From positions 21,858 to 85,857 of the forward strand of contig JAUSKB010000011.1 in the NCBI GenBank assembly GCA_030647415.1: DNA of 64,000 bases. The letters run 5' to 3'. The notes beneath the pieces were generated by a model. That model was not told where the DNA came from. It ran no database searches and was given only the letters and a program-made list of their open reading frames with translations. Position 1 is the stretch's first letter. The number at the start of each line of letters is the position of its first letter. The translations under genes and the position numbers were made by a program. Below, one piece after another: positions 47,172 through 56,302 of the stretch. Source of the stretch: a bacterium. Lineage in GTDB: Bacteria; Patescibacteriota; Minisyncoccia; UBA6257; GWB1-50-10.

Positions 47172-48383
47172 TCACTCACGCAATACTACTATATCATTAA
47201 AAATCAAATCGAGTGCCTCCTTTATTCCTTCTATATCCTTTTCGTGCGAGTAGTGCGCGATGATTTCTTTTGATCTTTTCCCGAAGTTTTCCACGCGCTC
47301 GCGACTCTCTACCAACTTCCTTATGCACTCGGCGAGCTCATCAATATTACCAAGCCGGAATATAAAACCGTTCTCATTTCTATGCACTAGATCCGATCCG
47401 CACCCCACGATATCGGAAACCACGACCGGGAGTCCGAAGCACATCGCTTCATTCACGACCAGTCCCCATGTCTCGCCGATTCCCGAAGGGAGCACAAACA
47501 CATCCGCCACGGCGTAGCATTCCGGGAGTTCTGACTGGTTTTTGAAACCCGCGAACCGGACGTTCTTTAAACCATGATCTTGAGCGTATGCTTCGAGTGT
47601 TTGTCTGAGTTCTCCATCGCCAACGAAGAGTAGGGAGGGGGTAATGGGTAAAGAGTAATGAGTAATGAGTAATTCGTAGGCCTGAAGCAGATCGAGGGGG
47701 CGTTTTTTTCCAATAAGCTTTCCGACGAAGAGAACGAGCGGATGATCCGGCAAAACGCCGAGTTTCTTTTTGAGTTCCGGTTTCTTTCCCACAAACGTCT
47801 TGGCTACTTCAATGTACCGATCGTTTTCGACGGCGTATGGGACAAAGAACAGCTTCTTTTTAGGCACACCATAATACTCATAGAATTTTCTATTCTCCTC
47901 GCCAATGTAGAGAAATCCCGAAACGCGGCGGAACAGCATGCCAAGAATAATTTTTTTTACCGCCCGTTTTCGCCCGCTCTTCAGGGATTCCTGATTCATC
48001 GGATTCTCGCCATGGAGAAGAACTGGGGTCCTGCGAAGAAAGGCGGTTGCAAATGCAAGCCAGTTTGTGAGCGAATTCCACCCATAGACGATTACCGCGT
48101 CATACTTCCCCTTCCACAAAGCCGGAATGATCCCGAGGTTTATCTGGCCAAGGAAGCTCGGACCTGGTTTTAATGAAAAATTTTTCGGGAATAAGTGGCG
48201 ATACCCCTCCGTAAGAATAATGTCCCACTCGATCGCGCACCCGAACTCCGGATCGAACATCTTTTTCGCACCGAAATCCCAGCAAAAGTAGACCGTGAGA
48301 TCGATGCCGGGCATGACCGCGAACTTTCGGAAAAGCGGCGCCTGGTATTGGATCACGTGCGAAGTAAGAATCGCGATTTTCAT
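47172..48383 (-). CDS. GT4 glycosyltransferase
   Basis: H.IQYQAPLF, FVGKL..KKRP, ETWGLVVNEAMCFGLP. Confidence 0.93.
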   Translation of the reverse strand: MKIAILTSHVIQYQAPLFRKFAVMPGIDLTVYFCWDFGAKKMFDPEFGCAIEWDIILTEGYRHLFPKNFSLKPGPSFLGQINLGIIPALWKGKYDAVIVYGWNSLTNWLAFATAFLRRTPVLLHGENPMNQESLKSGRKRAVKKIILGMLFRRVSGFLYIGEENRKFYEYYGVPKKKLFFVPYAVENDRYIEVAKTFVGKKPELKKKLGVLPDHPLVLFVGKLIGKKRPLDLLQAYELLITHYSLPITPSLLFVGDGELRQTLEAYAQDHGLKNVRFAGFKNQSELPECYAVADVFVLPSGIGETWGLVVNEAMCFGLPVVVSDIVGCGSDLVHRNENGFIFRLGNIDELAECIRKLVESRERVENFGKRSKEIIAHYSHEKDIEGIKEALDLIFNDIVVLRE

Positions 48384-49441
48384 GATGCGTATGCGGCCTC
48401 AATGAATTCCCGGATCCGCGCCTTACTCTTCTCGAGCCCGTACACTTCGAGTGTCCTCCGGCGGAGCGCCTCACCTTTCAAAAGCTTCGGCGCCGTACCC
48501 GATACAATCGAGATGATTGCACCCGCGATCGCACCGCGGTCATCCGGATCGACGAGAATACCTAACTCCCCGTTCGCGAACGCTTCATCACCGCACTCGC
48601 GGTTTCCACCCACGATAGGCGTTCCGCACGCGAGCGCTTCGAGCAATACAATTGCGGGAAACCCCTCCCCCTTCGAGGGAAGTACAAATACATCAGCAAG
48701 ATTGTAATACTCAACGAGCGCCTGATCTGGTACCGCGCCGGTAATCGTCACATGGTTTCTCAAATGCAAACGGTTGATCAGCGCCTCAACGCGCGGGCGG
48801 TCGTCACCGTCGCCCACGATGACGTACTTGATGTCGGGGATCCGCTCCCGAACCCTCGGCAAACTTTCGATGACCCGATCATATCCCTTTCCCCCTATCT
48901 CGAGCGATGAAAGGCGCGCGACGGTACAGATCACTTTTTCGCTTCCGATGCCAAGCGTCCGCTTCAATGCCTCCGGCTTCCCTGTAATATGGAACCGTTC
49001 GCCATCGACACTGTTCGGCAAAATAAACGATCGCCGTTCTACTTCGGGAAACTGCCGAAGAATATTTCCCATCGTCCACCGGAAAGGAGCGACAACGATA
49101 CGGGCGGTCCGCACGGCCCGACGCTTCAGGGGATCCGTGATGCGGACCGCTTCAACGCCATGAAGCTCGACGGTAAAAGGGATCCGCAAGAATACATGGA
49201 GGAAGTAGGCGACAACCGCAAAATTGATGTGGATACAGACTATGAGCGTCGGACGGAACACGAGCGCATTCCATACGAACGAGAGTGTGAAGTGAAGTTT
49301 CGCAAGCAAGCCACCGCGTTTCCGCTCGACGACCTTCAGTAGAATGCCCGCTTCCTGGATAACGCCACTGATCTTTTTCGCGACATTTTGGATGCCGCCG
49401 ATTGTCTCCATATCCGGAACGGCAAATAAAATCTTTTTCAT
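48380..49441 (-). CDS. GT4 glycosyltransferase
   Basis: GGIQ, HGVE, TVARL....KG, PSKGEGF..VLLEALACG. Confidence 0.92.
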   Translation of the reverse strand: MKKILFAVPDMETIGGIQNVAKKISGVIQEAGILLKVVERKRGGLLAKLHFTLSFVWNALVFRPTLIVCIHINFAVVAYFLHVFLRIPFTVELHGVEAVRITDPLKRRAVRTARIVVAPFRWTMGNILRQFPEVERRSFILPNSVDGERFHITGKPEALKRTLGIGSEKVICTVARLSSLEIGGKGYDRVIESLPRVRERIPDIKYVIVGDGDDRPRVEALINRLHLRNHVTITGAVPDQALVEYYNLADVFVLPSKGEGFPAIVLLEALACGTPIVGGNRECGDEAFANGELGILVDPDDRGAIAGAIISIVSGTAPKLLKGEALRRRTLEVYGLEKSKARIREFIEAAYAS

Positions 49442-49460
49442 TGATGAAAATTCAGGGATG

Positions 49461-50381
49461 TTACCGCTTCGAGAGCGTTGACACGAGAAATACGCCCATG
49501 TGAAGCGCGCCGGTAAGGAACCGGTTCAGCGAGAGCGGGAAGTGCCGAAGCGCCACATCTTTGAGGCGGCCTCCAGGCAAAAGAATTAGGTCGGCGCATG
49601 GACCGCGCACTTCGATCTTTTTTTCGAGAAAGAGGGGGGCCATGAGCGCGCGCCATTCGGAAATGGTGTAGTACCGCGCGAGCGCGCCGTCGGTGTTCAT
49701 TTGGATTGACTTACTCAAGGAACGAAATTTGAATAACTTTCCAGAAATAATACCGCGGAGCAGTCCTGTCACGTAGTAGTTCCACCATCCACGGTGATAA
49801 ACCATCAGAACCGCGGTTCCACCGGGACGAAGTATTCGATGTATCTCATCAAGAATCCTCTTCGTGTTCGCGGAGTGATGTATGACGCCCCAACTCCAGA
49901 CGAAGTCGAAGCTTCCATCGCGAAATTCAAGCTTTTCCGCATCCATCCTCTTAATATCCGCCGTGAGCCCGAAAACACTCATCCTCTTTTTCGTCGCCTG
50001 AACCGCATAATCCGTGAGATCAATACCCGCGAAGGTTTTTGCGTGGGACGCCAAAAGTTGTGCGTGACTCCCGTTCCCCACCCCGATTTCCAGAACATCC
50101 TTCGTTCCCAGATCTGAAAAGTGAATGAACTCGTTGAATGGTAATTCGGAGTCGCGCCGCAAATACTCTCGAGCGTTCGAAAAAAAACTCTTGTCAATTT
50201 CAATAAAAAACTCTTTTGTAAACTCACGGTACTGATTCGCGCGATTCCAATCGTACCGCATAGGGTTACGCTCCCACCAGCTTCGGTTTGCGTGCTGCCA
50301 TTCAGAAGCTTGCGTAGGTGAAACCGGCAAGGATGTTGGGGCTGTAAAATCCTTTACATTCCCCTCATTAAAATTCTTCAT
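49461..50381 (-). CDS. Type 11 SAM methyltransferase
   Basis: VLEIGVGNG, DAEKL.F.DGSFD.VWSWGVIHH, ILRPGG. Start MKNFNEG at 50381. Confidence 0.9.
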   Translation of the reverse strand: MKNFNEGNVKDFTAPTSLPVSPTQASEWQHANRSWWERNPMRYDWNRANQYREFTKEFFIEIDKSFFSNAREYLRRDSELPFNEFIHFSDLGTKDVLEIGVGNGSHAQLLASHAKTFAGIDLTDYAVQATKKRMSVFGLTADIKRMDAEKLEFRDGSFDFVWSWGVIHHSANTKRILDEIHRILRPGGTAVLMVYHRGWWNYYVTGLLRGIISGKLFKFRSLSKSIQMNTDGALARYYTISEWRALMAPLFLEKKIEVRGPCADLILLPGGRLKDVALRHFPLSLNRFLTGALHMGVFLVSTLSKR

Positions 50382-50439
50382 GCTCTTGATGTTATTATAC
50401 CGCAAACTGCCGAATACCCCGACTGAAACATAGGCATAA

Positions 50440-52323
50440 TCACTGCCATGTGCTTGCAATAGTAGCCGCCCACAGGCGCGACCAGTGGAGATCTCCTGCC
50501 TTGAAGCGGCGGAGGAGTTCCTTGCCATGGGCAGTCGCGAGCAACGGGCGAAACGCGTTATGCTCACCCACCACCGACGCGAGCCACTCGGCGAACGGGA
50601 AGGTGAATCCCATCTTCGGCCGCTGAAACACCTCCCGGGGCACGATATCCCTGACCGCCTCGACAAGGAGGGGCTTATTCACCCCGCCGCGCGGGAACTT
50701 GAGGTCTGCCGGGAGCGAGGCGAGGTACTCGACGAGCGGGTGGTCGAGGAAGGGCACCCGGACCTCGACCGAGTGGTGCATCGCCATGAAGTCGGTGTCT
50801 TTGAGGAGCTGGGATTCGAGATAGCTCTTCAATTCAAGATACGAGTGCGTGTCGGCTGGGTGAAGCGATTCGAGCACCTGGAGCTCGTGGCCTCCGGGAA
50901 CGAGCGATGCCGCGATATCCTCGACCACCGCCAACACCTCCGCTTCGTGCACGCCGAGAAGGGTCGCCGCTTCGCGCGGCGTGAAGAGCCCCCGGACCGT
51001 GAGATACTCGCCGATGAGGTCGCCCCGCATGAGGTACGATGCCTTAGGCGTCCGGCGGCCGAGCATCGCATGAGACGTCGCGAGCGACCGGAGCGCCGCG
51101 GGGAGGTGTGACACGAACCGGAGCGCTCTCGCCTTTCGGAAAGCAGGGTAGCCGAAGAATATCTCATCGCTCCCGAGGCCCGAGAGGACTGCCTTTAATC
51201 CTGCGGCCTTCGCTGCGCCGGCGATGAAGAAGGTGTTCACGCCGTCCACCGTCGGCTGGTCCATCGCTCCGAGCGCCTCGTCGAGCTCACCCATAAAATC
51301 GGCACGGCGGATGCGCGACTCCCGATGGTCGGTCTTCAGCCACCCCGCGACGCGGTCCTGGTAGAGCTTCTCGGAATATGCCGGCTCGTCAAAATTAACC
51401 GAAAGTGTGGTAACCGGTTTCGCGCGACCATGCGCCGCAAGTGCCGTAATCGCTGACGAATCAAGCCCGCCCGAAAGAAAGATGCCGAGCGGCGCGTCGG
51501 AGACGAGGTGGCTTCCGACCGCATCCGAGAGCAGCCGCCGCACCTCATGGGTCGCTTCGGCGAACGAGACGTCCCGTTTCCTCGTGAATGCCTCGAGCGG
51601 GTCGTAGTACCGAACGGTACGGATGGTGCCATCCACTCGCCGCTCCAGGTACGACCCCGACGGCACCGCAGAGACAGCGCGGAGCGTCGTCCAAGGCGAA
51701 GGCACCGACCCGGTGAGGAGAAACCCAATGAGCGCACGGGGGTCCCGTTCCGCCGGCACGAGACCGCTTTCGGCGAGCGCGCCGACGGTCGATGCGAACA
51801 CCACCTGATTGGGCGTTGCCGCGTAGTAGAGGGGTTTGATGCCATACCGGTCCCGAACGAGGTAGAGCATCTGATTTCGAGAATCCCACAGCGCAAATGC
51901 AAACATGCCACGGAGCTTCGAGAATGAAGCGACTCCTTCCCGCGCGAAGAGCGTGAGAATCACCTCCGTGTCGGTTTCCGTGTTGAATCGCTCACCGCGA
52001 GCCACGAGCTCCGCGCGAAGTTCGCGAAAATTGTATATCTCGCCGTTAAAGGTGATAGAAAGAATGCCCCCGGGAATCGAACGTTCCATGGGCTGATGGC
52101 CGGCGGAAGAGAGGTCGATGATGGAAAGCCGACGGTGCCCCAGCACCACTTCGCCTGTCCTGAGCGAAGCCGAAGGACCGCCGCCATTCGCAAGTGGATA
52201 GCTCGCAATCCCCTCGTCATCGGGTCCGCGCCGGACCTGCCGCGCGTTCATCGCCCGAACCGCGCGCTCAATCAATGCGCGGTCGCCCGCCCGAGTCGCT
52301 AGTATGCCGCTGATGCCGCACAT
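50440..52323 (-). CDS. asnB: Glutamine-hydrolysing asparagine synthase-family amidotransferase
   Basis: MCGI, RGPDDEG, HRRLSIID, NGEIYN, RDRYGIKP, LSGGLDS, EVRVPFLD, RPKMGF. Confidence 0.95.
   Translation of the reverse strand: MCGISGILATRAGDRALIERAVRAMNARQVRRGPDDEGIASYPLANGGGPSASLRTGEVVLGHRRLSIIDLSSAGHQPMERSIPGGILSITFNGEIYNFRELRAELVARGERFNTETDTEVILTLFAREGVASFSKLRGMFAFALWDSRNQMLYLVRDRYGIKPLYYAATPNQVVFASTVGALAESGLVPAERDPRALIGFLLTGSVPSPWTTLRAVSAVPSGSYLERRVDGTIRTVRYYDPLEAFTRKRDVSFAEATHEVRRLLSDAVGSHLVSDAPLGIFLSGGLDSSAITALAAHGRAKPVTTLSVNFDEPAYSEKLYQDRVAGWLKTDHRESRIRRADFMGELDEALGAMDQPTVDGVNTFFIAGAAKAAGLKAVLSGLGSDEIFFGYPAFRKARALRFVSHLPAALRSLATSHAMLGRRTPKASYLMRGDLIGEYLTVRGLFTPREAATLLGVHEAEVLAVVEDIAASLVPGGHELQVLESLHPADTHSYLELKSYLESQLLKDTDFMAMHHSVEVRVPFLDHPLVEYLASLPADLKFPRGGVNKPLLVEAVRDIVPREVFQRPKMGFTFPFAEWLASVVGEHNAFRPLLATAHGKELLRRFKAGDLHWSRLWAATIASTWQ
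52154..52177. repeat. 24-bp in-frame REP-like insert in asnB (PSASLRTG)
   Basis: cctgtcctgagcgaagccgaagga, in the loop before LGHRRL; related to the element at ~17604-17621. Confidence 0.65.
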
Positions 52324-52325
52324 TT

Positions 52326-52583
52326 ACCCTGTTAGAATTTTGCAGACATACTCGACTGATGAAAACAGATGTTTGTGTAGCAGGTCAGTGTCCAAAAATT
52401 TGAGTGTGTGCAAAATTCTAACAGGGTGAACCGCATTAGAGTTTTACACATAGACAGTTTCATAAAGATACGTCTTCTAAACCACAAACAATGTTTCATT
52501 CTTTTTCGAGTGTTTGTAAAACTCTAACAGGATAAACCACCGTTGAGTTTTGTACATCCCAGCGACATCTCTAACAGGGTGAA
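52326..52583. mobile_element. Tandem array of TTAGA/TCTAA-family elements (two full, one truncated)
   Basis: Unit 1 (52326-52427) has perfect 19-bp arms. Unit 2 (52430-52533) has 13-bp perfect arms ttagagttttaca/tgtaaaactctaa. Unit 3 ends tctctaacagggtgaa. Junction gaps are 2 bp. Confidence 0.75.
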
Positions 52584-52586
52584 TCC

Positions 52587-53900
52587 CTACTGCCTTGGCG
52601 TCCCCGACGCCGATGGAGACGGGGACGTGTAATGAAACAGTGTGTAGAGTTTGGTAAACGGAATAAATTGTACGGTTGTGTCGTTAATTTTCATTTTACC
52701 CTCATCGCCAAGATGAACAACCAACGCCTTTTGGGGGGCGTATTTCCTGATAAAACTTCTCATGGAGCGCTCAACTGAAGGCGTAGTAATATTTTTATAT
52801 TTCACCTCAATCGGAATGATTTCGCCATCTAATTCGGCGATAATATCAACCTCCGCGCCATCCTTCGATCTCCAAAAACGAGTATCCCCTCCGCTTGATT
52901 GCGTACCGATATGCCTCAATTCATTCGCGATGAAGTTTTGAAATAGAAATCCTCCATCGTTGCTTGAAAGAGTTCTCCCAAAAATACCGCGCGCATAATT
53001 CCGTAACCCGATATCATTGAAATAAATGAGTGGTGATTTAGTGATCTCTTTTCGCGTGTTGCGAAAATACGGATACGCGCGGCGAATCACAAATGTTTTT
53101 TCCGCATACGCGATATAGTTTTTTATCGTGGGAAGAGATATGCCCAGCGTGGAAGAAAGCTCCGTATAATGAACCATATTCCCCGTCTGTTCCGCAAATA
53201 TCTTAATCAATCCTCGAAACGCGTCTATCCGCTCCACATGAAGCAGGTATGAAATATCTCGCTCGATATAACTTTCAAATATTTCGTTTATCACTCGTTC
53301 CTTCTCCCGCGATTCGTCTTCGGTAATAACACGGGGATATCCTCCAAATTGCATATATTCCTGCAGGAATTTTTCGGTGTGTGTTTTTTCAATTTTGAAA
53401 AATTCATCCAGGCGCCCCTCGTACCGATTTTCTGTTTTGAAATTCACAAATTCGCCGAACGAAACCGGGGTCATTTCAAATACGCGCTTTCTCCCCAGAA
53501 GCGATTCGTGTATTTTTTCTTTTAATTCCAAGCTCCCTGATCCTGAAACGATAAATTTATATGGAAGACCCATATCGTACAACCCCTTCAAAAACAATCC
53601 TGCATTTTCTTTTCTTTGAATCTCATCAATAAATACGTACCCGGTATGTTTCCCGAACTCAAGCATGAGTTTTTTTACGAGTGATTCTTGAGAGTCAAAA
53701 AATATTCTGTCGGATTCTACATCAAGATTGAGCCAAACCGTCCGTTCTCCGCGGGAGCGCAGCATATCATCAAGCATACGCATTAGTGTCGTCTTCCCAA
53801 CTTGACGGGCGCCAACAATAAGCGAAATTTCCTTTGCGGAAAGATGCTTTTTCAATAATTCAAATATAGTACGCTTGATAACCGAGTTTTTCAAAACCAT
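52587..53900 (-). CDS. AAA_14 ATPase with DUF4143 C-terminal domain
   Basis: GARQVGKTT, IDEIQ, SGSGS, GGYP, D.GL, FWRSKDGAEVD, PIEVK. Confidence 0.92.
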   Translation of the reverse strand: MVLKNSVIKRTIFELLKKHLSAKEISLIVGARQVGKTTLMRMLDDMLRSRGERTVWLNLDVESDRIFFDSQESLVKKLMLEFGKHTGYVFIDEIQRKENAGLFLKGLYDMGLPYKFIVSGSGSLELKEKIHESLLGRKRVFEMTPVSFGEFVNFKTENRYEGRLDEFFKIEKTHTEKFLQEYMQFGGYPRVITEDESREKERVINEIFESYIERDISYLLHVERIDAFRGLIKIFAEQTGNMVHYTELSSTLGISLPTIKNYIAYAEKTFVIRRAYPYFRNTRKEITKSPLIYFNDIGLRNYARGIFGRTLSSNDGGFLFQNFIANELRHIGTQSSGGDTRFWRSKDGAEVDIIAELDGEIIPIEVKYKNITTPSVERSMRSFIRKYAPQKALVVHLGDEGKMKINDTTVQFIPFTKLYTLFHYTSPSPSASGTPRQ

Positions 53901-54049
53901 CTCTCAATTTTAGCCCGAGATTTCTACAAGTCAACATCCATTGGTTTTAGCCCATGACTGCGACAATTTAAACATATTCGTATCATTTATACCTATTAAT
54001 CGTATCATATTGATACGATTACAAGGACATGCATTCGACGCAATCCTTC

Positions 54050-54682
54050 CTACAGCGTCGTGGTTGCCGACGAAGGGGCTTCCCGTGCCTTGAGCAGGGC
54101 GTTCCCCACGTCGGTCGCGGTCGGCCAGTACCGCACTATTTCATTACCAATCTCCTCTGCCTTCGCCGTGTCACCGTGCGCGCCGTACAGGTTCAGGAGG
54201 CCGAAGAGCACCGGCGGGAGCTTGGGACCGATGGCGTACGCGTCTCGGTAATACCGTTCTGCGGTTACATAATCCTCGTCCTTCTGAAACCGTTGCCAGA
54301 GCGTCGCGTGGAGCTGGGCGATTGCAAGAAGATGCCGAACATTATTATGAAACGCGTACTGTTCGATATACCTGACCAATTCGCGTGAGACCTCCTCCGG
54401 CTGGCGAGGATTCGATATCATGTTCAGCACATCGTATGAGGCGAACTTCGCAAGCTCCTCACCGCCGACGGGCGAAGGAATTTTGAATGCTCGGTCGTAT
54501 CCGGCGATGACCTCGGTGAGCGATTTTGCAGTCTGGAGGTTCCGGATGGCATTGATGTAGGCGCTCGACTTCCGGAACGGCAGGTAGACGCCGTAGACGA
54601 GCGAGAAAACTGCGGCGGCGATACCGAGGGCAGGGAGAAAACGACGGAGGAAAAAGGAAAAAGGAAAAAAGAAACGAGACAT
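54050..54682 (-). CDS. TPR-like C-terminal part of a split O-antigen-ligase/TPR protein
   Basis: One TM helix then helical repeats (AERYYRDAYAIGPK), paralleling the C-terminus of 56303-58813 (AELYLRKALELSPT). Confidence 0.65.
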   Translation of the reverse strand: MSRFFFPFSFFLRRFLPALGIAAAVFSLVYGVYLPFRKSSAYINAIRNLQTAKSLTEVIAGYDRAFKIPSPVGGEELAKFASYDVLNMISNPRQPEEVSRELVRYIEQYAFHNNVRHLLAIAQLHATLWQRFQKDEDYVTAERYYRDAYAIGPKLPPVLFGLLNLYGAHGDTAKAEEIGNEIVRYWPTATDVGNALLKAREAPSSATTTL

Positions 54683-54693
54683 GGGGGTGGTTA

Positions 54694-54790
54694 GAGGATA
54701 AAAGACAAAAGATAAAAGAAAAAGTGAGTTACGCGGCCTGTTTCAGTGGGTTTCCTCCTTTTTCTTTTATCTCTTTTCTTTTTTCATCCT
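54694..54790. repeat. Inverted AAAAGAT-type heptamer arms at the split point
   Basis: agataaaagaaaaag (54710-54724) / ctttttcttttatct (54758-54772) are perfectly complementary and enclose the stop codon. Confidence 0.7.
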
Positions 54791-56123
54791 GAATCCTAGT
54801 CACGTACGCCCCGCCGAGTGCGAGGAAAAAGAAGAGGTTGTATGAGATGGGGAGCACATCAAAGAGAACAACGCCCTGCACCAAATAGGCGACGGCAAGG
54901 CCGATGAGGATACTCTCTTCCGTGAGTAATCGCCTGGTAAGCTCAATCTTCCGTGTGCGGAAAAACTGCCAAAAGAACACCACGAACATGCCGAGGTAGC
55001 TTACGAGCCCGAGCGCGCCGGTTTCAACAAGGTAGTCGAAAATGATGCTATGCGCGCGGTCGAACCAGGCGCCAAACGGATTGCCGGGCACGTAGTAGGC
55101 TGTGTCGAAGTGCCGGTCAAAGACCTGAATGTAGTTCTCTGGTCCCCAACCGAGGACCGGACGGTCAAGAAACCCGCGGTAGGCAACACCCCACATGATG
55201 CCTCGCGTCTGGAAGGTCTCGGCGCCGATCGAGATATCAAAGATGCGCGAGATGGGAAGGGATTGGATGAACTGCGTTTGGCGGAACTGCACCGCCACGA
55301 CGAGTAGCACGATAAGAAGCGCGCCACCGGCAAGCAACCGCTTCCGCCATGCCCGGTGGAACCATGCAAAGTAGGCGATGGCGACCGCCGCCGCGACGAC
55401 GAGCGCCACGAGCGCACCGCGCGTCTTTGAGAAGAAGAGAACGGCGATAAAACCCGCGCCGAGAAGCCCGACAAAAAAACTTCCGAGCGAAAGTAGCTTC
55501 CGTTCCCGGTACCGAGCGTGCAACAGGTACGCTAAATATCCCAGAAAGAATATACAGAGCGCCCCGACATACGCGGGATTGCCGATGGAACCCTGGAACC
55601 GGAAACCTGAACCTGATTCCGCAAGCGTTGCGCCCACAAATCCCTGGTACCCATACGCCGCAAAAAAACCGTACACCACCATAAGCACCCCGCCCGCGAC
55701 GACCCACCGGAGCATGCGGCGCCAGTCTTCCGTGCTCGCGAGGAGTGAAGATAAAAGAAAAAAGAAAAGGGACAGATGTAAAACTTGCAGACCGCCCTCG
55801 CCACGCTCGAAGTTGGACCAGAAGGATGCGGCGGGGTCGACCCCAAAAAGTCCTGCAAGAATAAAGAAAAATGAAAAAAGAATAACGGAAATCCCGATAG
55901 GAGAAACGAGTGTCGCCCGGAGACGGGCGAGGTATGGCTTTGCGGCTTCGTGGTTCGCGAGCACGCCGATACAAAAAAGCCCGAGCGAGATTGCCACCGA
56001 CCCCCGGAACCAGGCGTACTTCCCCACGATAAACGGGAAGAGTGTCGAGGGTACCACAATAGCGACGAAGAGCGCCGAGAGGCGGAGGAAGAAAGCGGAG
56101 AGTTTAAACCAACTCATATTCAT
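54729..56123 (-). CDS. O-antigen ligase-family (Wzy_C) membrane protein, N-terminal part
   Basis: SFWSNFERGEG, GSIGNP, TRGA, R...W..A......P.LGWGPEN, DRAHS. Confidence 0.88.
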   Translation of the reverse strand: MNMSWFKLSAFFLRLSALFVAIVVPSTLFPFIVGKYAWFRGSVAISLGLFCIGVLANHEAAKPYLARLRATLVSPIGISVILFSFFFILAGLFGVDPAASFWSNFERGEGGLQVLHLSLFFFLLSSLLASTEDWRRMLRWVVAGGVLMVVYGFFAAYGYQGFVGATLAESGSGFRFQGSIGNPAYVGALCIFFLGYLAYLLHARYRERKLLSLGSFFVGLLGAGFIAVLFFSKTRGALVALVVAAAVAIAYFAWFHRAWRKRLLAGGALLIVLLVVAVQFRQTQFIQSLPISRIFDISIGAETFQTRGIMWGVAYRGFLDRPVLGWGPENYIQVFDRHFDTAYYVPGNPFGAWFDRAHSIIFDYLVETGALGLVSYLGMFVVFFWQFFRTRKIELTRRLLTEESILIGLAVAYLVQGVVLFDVLPISYNLFFFLALGGAYVTRIQDEKRKEIKEKGGNPLKQAA

Positions 56124-56167
56124 TGTTTGAGCGTCTGGGTAAGTATACCTATTTTCTTCACGGGTTA

Positions 56168-56301
56168 CTAATTTCTAATTCCTAATTCATAATTTCCAAT
56201 GAAATTCCCAATTCCCAAAACTTTGGCTCGAAAGATGGGGATTGGAAATTAGAAATTGTCCGCCTGAGGCGGATCCGCCTTCGGCGGAGGATTTGGAAAT
56301 T
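56168..56301. repeat. Inverted CTAATTY heptamer arms with a nested 30-bp double hairpin
   Basis: ctaattt/ctaattc/ctaattc/ataattt ... attggaa/attagaa/attg[tccgcctgaggcgga tccgccttcggcgga]ggatttggaaatt. Confidence 0.8.
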
Positions 56302-56302
56302 A

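Noticed and set aside
52326-52583. CRISPR array
   Set aside because: Each unit is bounded by inverted arms that vary between copies, the period is ~104 bp, there are under three units, and no cas gene is in the window.
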